In this document: positions 1-8,388 of the stretch, one piece after another | Layout: every line of letters starts with the position of its first letter | Numbering within the stretch: position 1 is the first letter of the stretch | Assembly (NCBI GenBank): GCA_035301845.1 | Contig: DATGTM010000081.1 | Location: 10,243 to 74,242 of the forward strand | Origin: Pseudogracilibacillus sp. | GTDB taxonomy: Bacteria > Bacillota > Bacilli > Bacillales > Amphibacillaceae | Reading direction: 5' to 3' | DNA: 64,000 nt | Program-made: the position numbers and the translations under genes | The notes under the pieces: generated by a model | Told to the model about the DNA's origin: nothing | What the model saw: only the letters and a program-made list of their open reading frames with translations | Database searches by the model: none

Positions 1-2
1 TT

Positions 3-1562
3 ATTTGGGGAGCCTTCTTCCCGAGTAATGTTGAAGCGGTATTAGGAATAGTTGATGGTTTTATATCTGATAAATTCGGATGGTTTTATTTATTTGTCAC
101 TACAGGATTTGTGTTACTATCCTTATTTTTAGTACTCAGTCCTTTAGGTAATATAAAGCTGGGTAGTCCGGATGACGAACCAGATTACAGTTATTTCACA
201 TGGTTTGCATTTTTATTTACAGCCGGTATGGGAGTTGGTCTTGTCTTTTACGGTGTGACAGAACCTTTGACTCATTATTACTCGCCGTCTACTGCTGATC
301 CAGAAACAAAAAAGGCTGCAGAAGAAGCCATGACGTACACGTTGTTCCATTGGGGCTTCCACCCTTGGGCGACGTATGCAATTGTTGCATTGACACTTGC
401 ATACTTCAAATTCCGTCACCAGGCTCCTGCATTAATCAGTTCCGCTTTTGCTCCTTTAATTGGTGACCGTTCTAAAGGAGCTTGGGGAGGAGCAATTGAC
501 ACATTAGCTGTTTTTGCAACCGTATTTGGTATTGCAACTTCACTTGGACTGGGAGCTAAACAAATTACATCAGGGTTAAGTTTTACGTTTGATGGAATCC
601 CGGATACGTTAATGACTAACTTAATTGTTATTGCTATTGTAACCGTCTTGTTTATGCTTTCAGCAACTACAGGTGTAGACCGGGGAATCAGATATTTAAG
701 CTGGGCGAACATTGTACTGGCAATCGCTTTAATGTTCTTTATATTCTCTATAGGATCTACAGTTCAAATGATGGAATCTTTCTCCACTACTCTCGGTAAT
801 TATCTGCAAAAATTACCAAGCATGACCTTTAATATGAATGCTTTTGTGGGAGACAGAGAATTCTTAAATAGTTGGACGCTTTTCTACTGGTCTTGGTGGA
901 TTGGCTGGTCTCCTTTCGTGGGTACATTTATTGCCAGGGTTTCCCGAGGCCGTACAATTCGTGAATTTATTATTGGAGTAACAGCAGTTCCTGTTTTATT
1001 CAGTGCATTCTGGTTCTCTGTTTTCGGTATTGCTGGTATTAACATGGATATCTCCCAAGGAGGAAGTATCTATGAATTAATGGATGAGCTCGGAGAAGAA
1101 GTAGCATTATTTGGCTTCCTCGAATCCTCACCAATGTCAGCAGTGATTATCGGTATTGCAGTAATTTTGATTTCTTCTTTCTTTATTACTTCAGCCGACT
1201 CTGGTACATTCGTGCTTGCTATGTTAACAACGGGCGGGAAATTAAACCCAACTACAAAAGTAAAAGTTATTTGGGGAATTATCCTTGCCGCAATTGCTTC
1301 CGTTTTATTATGGTCCGGTGGACTAGATGCTCTTGAAATGGCGATGTTAATAGCTGCTTTCCCATTTGCGTTTATTATGATTGGAATGTGCATCTCACTA
1401 TTAAAAGCCTTGAAAAGCGAACATTCCATTTTGAAAATGGAAGAAAAACAACGTGAACAAGAAAGTGATTATCGAAGAGAGCAACGAGCAGAGATTGAGA
1501 AAAAACGTGAAGAATTTAATGATATTTTGCCAAATCCAGACGAAGAACAAGAAGAGTTTTAG
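3..1562 (+). CDS. BCCT family (glycine betaine/choline/carnitine) transporter, 5'-truncated by window edge
   Basis: Frame is open from position 3 (IWGAFFPS...FGWFY). Motifs W..F.AGMGVGLVFYG, FHWGFHPWA.Y, WTLFYWSWWIGWSPFVG.FIARVSRGRTIREF, FFITSADS. Confidence 0.95.
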   Translation: MWGAFFPSNVEAVLGIVDGFISDKFGWFYLFVTTGFVLLSLFLVLSPLGNIKLGSPDDEPDYSYFTWFAFLFTAGMGVGLVFYGVTEPLTHYYSPSTADPETKKAAEEAMTYTLFHWGFHPWATYAIVALTLAYFKFRHQAPALISSAFAPLIGDRSKGAWGGAIDTLAVFATVFGIATSLGLGAKQITSGLSFTFDGIPDTLMTNLIVIAIVTVLFMLSATTGVDRGIRYLSWANIVLAIALMFFIFSIGSTVQMMESFSTTLGNYLQKLPSMTFNMNAFVGDREFLNSWTLFYWSWWIGWSPFVGTFIARVSRGRTIREFIIGVTAVPVLFSAFWFSVFGIAGINMDISQGGSIYELMDELGEEVALFGFLESSPMSAVIIGIAVILISSFFITSADSGTFVLAMLTTGGKLNPTTKVKVIWGIILAAIASVLLWSGGLDALEMAMLIAAFPFAFIMIGMCISLLKALKSEHSILKMEEKQREQESDYRREQRAEIEKKREEFNDILPNPDEEQEEF

Positions 1563-1583
1563 AACAATGCTATTTGTTTCTAT

Positions 1584-1617
1584 AAAAAAAGAGATCGTAT
1601 ATATACGATCTCTTTTT
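1584..1617. terminator. Bidirectional intrinsic terminator
   Basis: A-tract, GAGATCGTATATATACGATCTC palindrome, T-tract, between convergent genes. Confidence 0.85.
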
Positions 1618-1668
1618 ATATTAGTAAACTTCAACTCGTAATAGAAGAAATATGAAAGCTCCGCGCAA

Positions 1669-2100
1669 TTATTTAACGACAGTAACTGGAGAAACTGAAT
1701 TTTGAACAATATTATTACTGACGCTCCCAAGAAATAGTCCTTTTACATTTCCTAATCCTCGGCTGCCAACGACAATCATATCAATCTCATTATGTTCTGC
1801 ATACTTACATATGCTCTTACCAGCATTTTCTTTTCCCTTTGCTATAACTACTTTAGTTATTACATCTGTGTTTTCGGCTGTAATTGAATTTTTAACTTGG
1901 GTTAATTGATGATTCATTTTTTCAACTTGTTCATTTGTAATATTTTCTTGCATCATCGCACTTGTGCTTGGACCAGTAATCTCAGCAATACTCAATAAAT
2001 GCAACTCTGTTTCTTTATTACGTGCCATTTGTCTTTCTGCTTCTGACACTGCTTTTTGACTCAGTTCTGAACCATCATAAGCAACCAAAATCTTTCTCAC
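1669..2100 (-). CDS. Universal stress protein (Usp)
   Basis: KILVAYDGSE N-terminus and DMIVVGSRGLG..GLFLGSVS..IV....PVTVVK. GTG start chosen after GGAGGA. Confidence 0.93.
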   Translation of the reverse strand: MRKILVAYDGSELSQKAVSEAERQMARNKETELHLLSIAEITGPSTSAMMQENITNEQVEKMNHQLTQVKNSITAENTDVITKVVIAKGKENAGKSICKYAEHNEIDMIVVGSRGLGNVKGLFLGSVSNNIVQNSVSPVTVVK

Positions 2101-2314
2101 TATAAATTCCTCCTCCATAACTATACTGCTTTCAGTATAACATATTCAAAAGTATTTTTTAGTTTCAAGTGCAGATTCCCAGAAATATCCTTTTACAATG
2201 CTGTATAACATACCACATATTAAGTATGTAAAGACGATTTAGACAAATATCGTTATTCAGTTTCTCTTTATTCAGATATACTAAATATAGGATAACATAG
2301 TACTAACGCTATAG

Positions 2315-2344
2315 TTGACAAAAAGCATTATTCACCTGTATATT
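2315..2344 (+). promoter_or_regulatory. Putative sigma-A promoter
   Basis: TTGACA-18 nt-TATATT upstream of ORF 2414. Confidence 0.55.
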
Positions 2345-2413
2345 AGGTTACAAAGTGTAAACAAATCAATTTACTGAGAAACGCAGACTTGAAGCTTAAG
2401 GAGGACTCGTAAA

Positions 2414-3079
2414 ATGAATTTAATTAATGTTAGAAAAGGACAATTTGTTTATTATAAAAACCAGCTCCATAAAGTATATTCTGTTAAACCTTTTTTTAAA
2501 CACTCGGTTCATCTCATCCGCCTCTCTGATTTGGGACAGGAAATTGTTAAAGCTAAAGATATAACATACTATTTACCGAAACATCTGGACAGTTTCATGG
2601 TAAATCATCAACGTTATACATTAGATAAAAATATTCGCGCTAAAGTTGGAGATTATATTTTAGTCATTAATCCTAAACCTGACTCTTTAGACCATCACCA
2701 TTTACATGCTATTGAACTTGTTACTTCTTTAGAGGATAATGGAGTAATAAGTAATAAATCGAATGGCATTAAACATAATGAGTATTGGACGATGACGGTA
2801 GGTTTATTAGATGATGCGACTAAAATCGACAAACAACATCCTGATCATGACTCCAGCATTATTGAGAATGCAGATGATGAAGGACCACTTCATCCGGATT
2901 TAAGAACACCTAAAATTGGCGATGTTTTTCAAAAAAATGACAGCGAACCGGTGTTTCAAGCAATGGTCATCGCAATTCAAGGACGCGATATTTACTTAGG
3001 AGGCGATTTAAAAGTAGCTTCTGAAGATTTAACGGATACAGATCAATGGAGTTATATCGTAAACCCTCGAGAGCAATAA
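2414..3079 (+). CDS. Hypothetical protein
   Basis: 221-aa ORF with strong RBS (AAGGAGG), promoter and terminator; no family recognised. Confidence 0.85.
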   Translation: MNLINVRKGQFVYYKNQLHKVYSVKPFFKHSVHLIRLSDLGQEIVKAKDITYYLPKHLDSFMVNHQRYTLDKNIRAKVGDYILVINPKPDSLDHHHLHAIELVTSLEDNGVISNKSNGIKHNEYWTMTVGLLDDATKIDKQHPDHDSSIIENADDEGPLHPDLRTPKIGDVFQKNDSEPVFQAMVIAIQGRDIYLGGDLKVASEDLTDTDQWSYIVNPREQ

Positions 3080-3120
3080 AAAAGTCCCCTTCTATTTAAA
3101 TGAAATAGAGGGGATTTTTT
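3078..3120. terminator. Bidirectional intrinsic terminator
   Basis: TCCCCT.CTATTT / AAATAG.AGGGGA stem with A and T tracts, between convergent genes. Confidence 0.75.
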
Positions 3121-3126
3121 AGTTAT

Positions 3127-3801
3127 TTAGTTTTTAATTTCTATCCCACCAAATAAAGGATTACAAACAAGATAAAGGGTTGATACTTCTCCATTAGCGG
3201 AAGTGCTATGAGTTTTATCTTCCCACCCTCCAAATAAGGGAGTTCCTGACGCTTCTATTTGCATATTTTGTGGTATGATTAATGTAATGCCTCCAAACAC
3301 TACATTTAATTCTAAATGTGCACCACCCTCTGCAAGCCGTACATCTCGCAAATCTATTTTTGTTCCACCAAAGACTGCTGTTACCTCGCCACCTTCAAAC
3401 TTTTGTGAATTGCTTCGAATGTCGCTCCCTGAAAAAATAGTGGTATTTTTTAACACATTTTTCAGTTCAATTTGTTTTCTCCCTTCAAATCGACGATTTT
3501 TCCTCTTTCTAAAAATAAATAAAAAACCGATAACAATAATTAAAACTGGCCAGAAATATTCCAATACGTTGATATCTGCTACCTTTCTGCCTAATAAAAC
3601 AACTCCTAGCAGAATAAAAAATAAACCCGGTAGTGCTGATCCTCTATTTCGTTTAAATAACTGTAAAAGACCGATAATCACGAAGATGAGCGCCCACCAA
3701 TCAGACAATAAATCCGAGAAATTAAGTATATCCAATTTATCTAATAAAAAACCAGCACCTAAAATAATTAACAGCAAACCAATAATGATTCTTGATCGCA
3801 T
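3127..3801 (-). CDS. LiaF-like cell-envelope stress membrane protein
   Basis: Four N-terminal TM segments (WW.L, YFWP.L), then the C-terminal beta domain FGG..IDLR, FGGI.LIIP, FGG.E repeats. Confidence 0.8.
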   Translation of the reverse strand: MRSRIIIGLLLIILGAGFLLDKLDILNFSDLLSDWWALIFVIIGLLQLFKRNRGSALPGLFFILLGVVLLGRKVADINVLEYFWPVLIIVIGFLFIFRKRKNRRFEGRKQIELKNVLKNTTIFSGSDIRSNSQKFEGGEVTAVFGGTKIDLRDVRLAEGGAHLELNVVFGGITLIIPQNMQIEASGTPLFGGWEDKTHSTSANGEVSTLYLVCNPLFGGIEIKN

Positions 3802-3886
3802 GTATGTATCCCCTCCTTTAATTTATCCTTTCGAAGCAAATATGATAAGCTATATTTAACAATACAATAAGGAGCAGGATGACACA

Positions 3887-4651
3887 ATGGCTTTAAGTAC
3901 ATTTTTAAACAAAAATAATTTATTTGCCGCAACAACCTTACGTAATTCAACACGTAAGGAAGAAAATAGTATGGGACTTCTTGCAGCACAAGACCAAGCA
4001 GCTATAATTGAAAATAGAGACTCTGTCGCGGAGTATTTACAAATTCCCCTCGAACAATTTGTTTTTGCTAATCAAACGCACTCTAGTAATTTTCACCTTG
4101 TGACTGAAGAGGATGTTGGTAAAGGTGCTTTTTCAAGACAAGATGCTATTCCAGAAACAGATGCTCTGTATACCTACGATTCTAATATCGTGTTGAACTG
4201 TTCAACAGCTGATTGTGTTCCTGTTCTTCTTTACAACGAAGTGACTGGATTAATCGCGACCATTCATTCTGGCTGGCAAGGAACCGTTAAAGAAATTACA
4301 CCTAAGTTACTCAAACAGCTTATCCATCAAGAAAACAATGCTCCAGAAGATATTAAAGTGATACTAGGACCTGCACTCAGTCAAAAGAAATTTGAAGTAG
4401 ATGAAGACGTGTATCAAGCTTACCAGCAATTGCAATATGCAGACGATTATATAAGCTATGACGCAATAACTGGAAAATATCATATTGACAATCAAGCTGT
4501 CGTTGAAAAACAATGTAAATTACTTGGTATTAACGAAAATCAAATTTTAAAAGATACAACCTGTACCTATCAAAGTGAGGAACATTTTTCTTATAGAGAA
4601 AACAAAACAACCGGTAGACATATGAGTTTCATAGTACGGAGTGAATCATAA
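3887..4651 (+). CDS. pgeF: PgeF/YfiH (laccase-domain, purine nucleoside phosphorylase) family protein
   Basis: Motifs NQTHS, DALYT, TADCVPVL, HSGWQGT, ILGPA, CT...FSYR. Confidence 0.88.
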   Translation: MALSTFLNKNNLFAATTLRNSTRKEENSMGLLAAQDQAAIIENRDSVAEYLQIPLEQFVFANQTHSSNFHLVTEEDVGKGAFSRQDAIPETDALYTYDSNIVLNCSTADCVPVLLYNEVTGLIATIHSGWQGTVKEITPKLLKQLIHQENNAPEDIKVILGPALSQKKFEVDEDVYQAYQQLQYADDYISYDAITGKYHIDNQAVVEKQCKLLGINENQILKDTTCTYQSEEHFSYRENKTTGRHMSFIVRSES

Positions 4652-4690
4652 AAAAACAAAATAAGAACGAAGTATAAGGAGTAATATGAA

Positions 4691-5824
4691 ATGAAGGTTG
4701 GCATTATTGGAGCGGGTATTGGCGGAATCACAACGGCGGTGTTTCTCCAAAAATCAGGAATAGAAGTGGAAATTTTTGAGAAGTCACAAAGCTTTCAACC
4801 GGTAGGTGCAGGAATCGGATTAGGCAGTAATGCCATGGTTGCCTTTGATCGAATGGGAGTAAGTGAGAAAATAAAACAAGCAGGCATGCCGTTACATGAG
4901 CAGCGTTTATTAGATTACCATTTAAAGACGATGAATAAGATTGATTTTTCAAAACTCAAAGCGTTATTTGGTGAAGAAACCATTACGATTCAACGTGCAT
5001 CCCTTCATCAAGCTTTATTAAATTATGTAGACCAAGAGACGATTCAGTTTAATAAACAAGCGACACATTTTAAACAACTCCCTGGCAAAGTACAGGTTAC
5101 TTTCAATCATTCAGAAGTACAAGAATTCGATTATATTATCGCGGCTGATGGTATCCATTCATTATTTCGTAAACAACTTGTACCAAATAGCCTGCCACGA
5201 TTTCAACAATACACCTGTTATCGGGGTACAAGCTTGAACAAAGGAGATGTTCCCCATCATGTAGGACAAGAAGCTTGGTCTGAAAAAGGACGATTTGGTT
5301 GGGCGCCACTTCAAAACAATGAAGTGTATTGGTTCGCCTGTGTCAACGCACCAGAGCAGGACGAATATTTAGCAAGCTTAGAACCTTCAGGGGTAGCAAA
5401 ATTATTTCAGCATTTTCCTGCTCCCGTTGGCCGACTTATTCGAGACGTTCAACCTAATTCTTTTTTACATCATGATATTTATGATATTAAACCTCTTTCT
5501 ACATTTGTATACCAGCGGGTTGTCTTACTTGGTGATGCGGCTCACGCAACAAGCCCTAATATGGGGCAAGGTGCAGGGCAGGCTATCGAAGACGCCTACT
5601 GGTTAACAAACGCCTTCGTTCAAAGCAAAACGATGGAGCAAGCGTTCAATACATATAATAAAAAGCGAGTCAACAAAACCAGGAAAGTAATCCACCGATC
5701 AAGGCAAATCGGGAAAGCTGCTCAATGGGACAATCCATTTTTGATCTATTTGCGCAATACTGTATTGCCACTTATTCCAGAAGATGTTCTATTCAGTCGC
5801 TTGCAGTTTTTATTTAAAGATTAA
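4691..5824 (+). CDS. FAD-dependent monooxygenase (salicylate hydroxylase-like)
   Basis: Motifs GAGIGG, AADGIHS, LLGDAAHA..PNMGQGAGQAIEDA. Confidence 0.92.
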   Translation: MKVGIIGAGIGGITTAVFLQKSGIEVEIFEKSQSFQPVGAGIGLGSNAMVAFDRMGVSEKIKQAGMPLHEQRLLDYHLKTMNKIDFSKLKALFGEETITIQRASLHQALLNYVDQETIQFNKQATHFKQLPGKVQVTFNHSEVQEFDYIIAADGIHSLFRKQLVPNSLPRFQQYTCYRGTSLNKGDVPHHVGQEAWSEKGRFGWAPLQNNEVYWFACVNAPEQDEYLASLEPSGVAKLFQHFPAPVGRLIRDVQPNSFLHHDIYDIKPLSTFVYQRVVLLGDAAHATSPNMGQGAGQAIEDAYWLTNAFVQSKTMEQAFNTYNKKRVNKTRKVIHRSRQIGKAAQWDNPFLIYLRNTVLPLIPEDVLFSRLQFLFKD

Positions 5825-5960
5825 TTGTAAAGCTAGTTCATAATCGTGATTTATTCACGCTATCAAAGAAAAAATGGATAACAAAATCTTTCTTGCTTTA
5901 TAACATGATATAAAATATAATCAAAAAGTATACAAACGTATAGGGGATAATATAGGAGGA

Positions 5961-6515
5961 ATGAATATGAAAAAATTCAGCATAGCTTTGTTCAGTATTG
6001 CTTTTATTTTAATTTTGGGAGCTTGCGGTTCTTCAAATAATAATGCTGATTCAACGGATAATCAGCCCGTTTCTGAAGGGTTAGAAAATAATAATAATAA
6101 TGTTGATAATGAAGTGGAGAACGCATCCTCAGCAGAATCAAACAATGGTGAAGGCGATACAGATAATAACGATGAAAAAATCGACAAAATGAACGATATA
6201 GGGATGACTGAATTTGAATTAGAAGTTGAATATGCTGAAGGCGAATATGAAGCGGAAATTGAACAAAATTCTTCTGGTACATATGAAGCAGAATTAGAAG
6301 ATGAACTTAACAATAACAATTTAAAAGGCGATGACGCATTCAACCATATTTATGATTTAGTAAAAAATGTCGATGTTAATCCTGATTCAAATCAATCTGA
6401 AGTTTTCGAGGAATTTCTTAATGCATTCGATTTAAAAGATGATTATGAAGAAATTGAAGTTGAAATAACGTTCGATGATGGTGCTGAATTAGAATATGAA
6501 GAGGAAAACGACTAA
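5961..6515 (+). CDS. YusW-like acidic lipoprotein
   Basis: Lipobox LGAC, disordered N/E/D linker, C-terminal FELEVEY...LKGDDAF...F.LKDDYEEIEVEI.FDDG pattern. Confidence 0.78.
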   Translation: MNMKKFSIALFSIAFILILGACGSSNNNADSTDNQPVSEGLENNNNNVDNEVENASSAESNNGEGDTDNNDEKIDKMNDIGMTEFELEVEYAEGEYEAEIEQNSSGTYEAELEDELNNNNLKGDDAFNHIYDLVKNVDVNPDSNQSEVFEEFLNAFDLKDDYEEIEVEITFDDGAELEYEEEND

Positions 6516-6576
6516 ACGTTACTATTATTTTCACAAACCAGAGACAAGCTGATGATTCTTTGATTTCTCTTTAACG

Positions 6577-6614
6577 TAAAAGTGACAGGCTAATAACGCC
6601 TGTCACTATTTTTT
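6577..6614. terminator. Bidirectional intrinsic terminator
   Basis: AGTGACAGGC/GCCTGTCACT inverted repeat with flanking A and T tracts. Confidence 0.8.
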
Positions 6615-7059
6615 ATTCGTTTTGAGCAGGAAATGCTCTTGCAGCTATCATTGCACGGTTAAACGAATTAATGCTTACTATGGACATAACTAAAGTTGAA
6701 ATTTCTTTTTCTGTAAAATGTCTTTCTAATTCCGCATACAATTCATCTGAAATATGGTTTTCATGAATCAAGGTCATCGCTTCTGTAAAAGCTAAAACAA
6801 CCATTTCTCTTTCGGTGAAAAACCCCGATCCCCGCCATGCATTTAAAGCATAAATCCTTCTTTCCGTCTCCCCTAACCTTCTTGCATCTTTAGTATGCAA
6901 ATCAATACAAAATGCACAGCCATTAATTTGCGAAGCACGTATTTTAATCAACTCTAAAAGCCCTTGCTCAATAGTAGACCTTTTTGCAACTTGATCCATT
7001 GTCATCAATACATTAAAAGCTTCTTCATTTACTTCCATCAAATTAAATCTTGTCGGCAT
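6613..7059 (-). CDS. AhpD/carboxymuconolactone decarboxylase family protein
   Basis: ELIKIRASQINGCAFCIDLH motif with CxxC; start placed after GGAG RBS. Confidence 0.92.
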   Translation of the reverse strand: MPTRFNLMEVNEEAFNVLMTMDQVAKRSTIEQGLLELIKIRASQINGCAFCIDLHTKDARRLGETERRIYALNAWRGSGFFTEREMVVLAFTEAMTLIHENHISDELYAELERHFTEKEISTLVMSIVSINSFNRAMIAARAFPAQNE

Positions 7060-7157
7060 TGTTCTTCTCCTCCCCATCTTCTTGTATTTGAAATTAGCAA
7101 GTAACTTCCTTTTATTATAATTGAAAATTCTGGAAATGAAAAGATGCCGTCATTGTA

Positions 7158-7186
7158 TTGACAGCTGCTACTAAATTCTATATAGT
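7158..7186 (+). promoter_or_regulatory. Sigma-A promoter of tRNA-Val
   Basis: TTGACA-17 nt-TATAGT, 54 nt upstream of the tRNA. Confidence 0.8.
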
Positions 7187-7239
7187 TATATATGGTTGAT
7201 AAAACAGGACATGATTTCTTAGTTCAAAATTGAATAAAC

Positions 7240-7311
7240 GAGCCACTAACTCAGCGGGAGAGTGCTACCTTGACAGGGTAGAAGTCGTAGGTTCAAATCC
7301 TACGTGGCTCA
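7240..7311 (+). tRNA. tRNA-Val(GAC), CCA not encoded
   Basis: Cloverleaf: acceptor GAGCCAC/GTGGCTC, D-stem ACTC/GAGT, anticodon stem CTACC/GGTAG with loop TTGACAG, T-arm GTAGG-TTCAAAT-CCTAC, discriminator A. Confidence 0.96.
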
Positions 7312-7319
7312 TTAAGACA

Positions 7320-7358
7320 GCGTACATTTTCTGAAATAAAGAAAGTGTACGCTTTTTT
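7320..7358 (+). terminator. Intrinsic terminator of tRNA-Val
   Basis: AGCGTACA..TTTC / GAAA.GTGTACGCT stem followed by a T run. Confidence 0.85.
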
Positions 7359-7560
7359 GTATTGAGGCTGAACCTAAAATTGACTAAGTATGCAATACAT
7401 TATTCCATTACTTCTGTAATCTTACTTATTTTTATAATTTTTAATTCTACCGTTCTGAAACCTACAAATACGATAAAATACAACATATCTAATAAAATTA
7501 AGTATTTTCAGTTTACTTTTCTATCCGAGGGTAAATATCATAAATCAAAATGAGCTAGTA

Positions 7561-8241
7561 TCATTTATGTTTTATCCCCTTTTGTACTGCTTTTGCATAG
7601 TCATAAAATTCATCCGTTTTATTTTCCCGATTGGCGGAAGTAAAATCGCCTCCTTCAAAAAAGGCTTTTCTCTGGGCAGCGCTTATTTCTATCTGCACCC
7701 CTTTTGAGCGATTATTTCGATTTGTAATATTCTCTTTTTCTTTTCCGGCAAATTTTTTGGGAGATTCAGTTACGCCAAAACCATTCTTTTGTAATTCATT
7801 TTTAATATTGGAAGCTAATGCTGTATCGCGACCTCCCACATAAGTGTTTTTATCCTCACTTTCATACCCGTGAATCGAAACTGTGTACTTACTTTCTTCA
7901 ACCATTTTTACAGCCTCAGGTTCATCAAATTCCAAAGATGAGATATGCAAATCATAATTATCAGTTTGTTTCATACCTGCAAAATCATAGTAATTGAATG
8001 ATCCTTTAGAAACTGTTTGAACTAACTCTGAAGTTCCAGGTTCTATACTTCCTCCATGGATTGCCATAATTAAAACAGCTGAATGAGCTGACTGATGATT
8101 TATATCATAATCTATTCCCTCTTTTTCATGCAGTGACAAATCTTCAAAATCCTGATACAGATTTTCATCGTCTGTAGAACACCCTAGCAACGTCATACAA
8201 AAAATTATAATAACTCCTCGAGATAATAGCTTTATAGCCAT
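7561..8241 (-). CDS. Poly-gamma-glutamate hydrolase family (PghP/DUF867-like) lipoprotein
   Basis: Motifs AIHGGSIEPGTSEL, LHISS..FDEP.A, VSIHGY, N..N....GVQIEIS; lipobox LLGC. Confidence 0.88.
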   Translation of the reverse strand: MAIKLLSRGVIIIFCMTLLGCSTDDENLYQDFEDLSLHEKEGIDYDINHQSAHSAVLIMAIHGGSIEPGTSELVQTVSKGSFNYYDFAGMKQTDNYDLHISSLEFDEPEAVKMVEESKYTVSIHGYESEDKNTYVGGRDTALASNIKNELQKNGFGVTESPKKFAGKEKENITNRNNRSKGVQIEISAAQRKAFFEGGDFTSANRENKTDEFYDYAKAVQKGIKHK

Positions 8242-8388
8242 ATTTTGACCTTACCTCTTTCTCCTTAATGATCAATGAATTGGAATGATAACAATTTCCT
8301 CATCTCTTTTCTCTGTCTATCCCATAGAATTGTATTACATTAACCAAAAAAATCTTATGGATTATCTGCAACCCAGCTGGTTATTCGC

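Noticed and set aside
3275-3859. 194-aa plus-strand ORF, and the many similar antisense ORFs in the track
   Set aside because: Antisense shadows of well-supported genes, without RBS or family motifs.
7362-7553. 63-aa ORF after the tRNA
   Set aside because: TTG start without RBS, immediately after a terminator, in AT-rich intergenic sequence.
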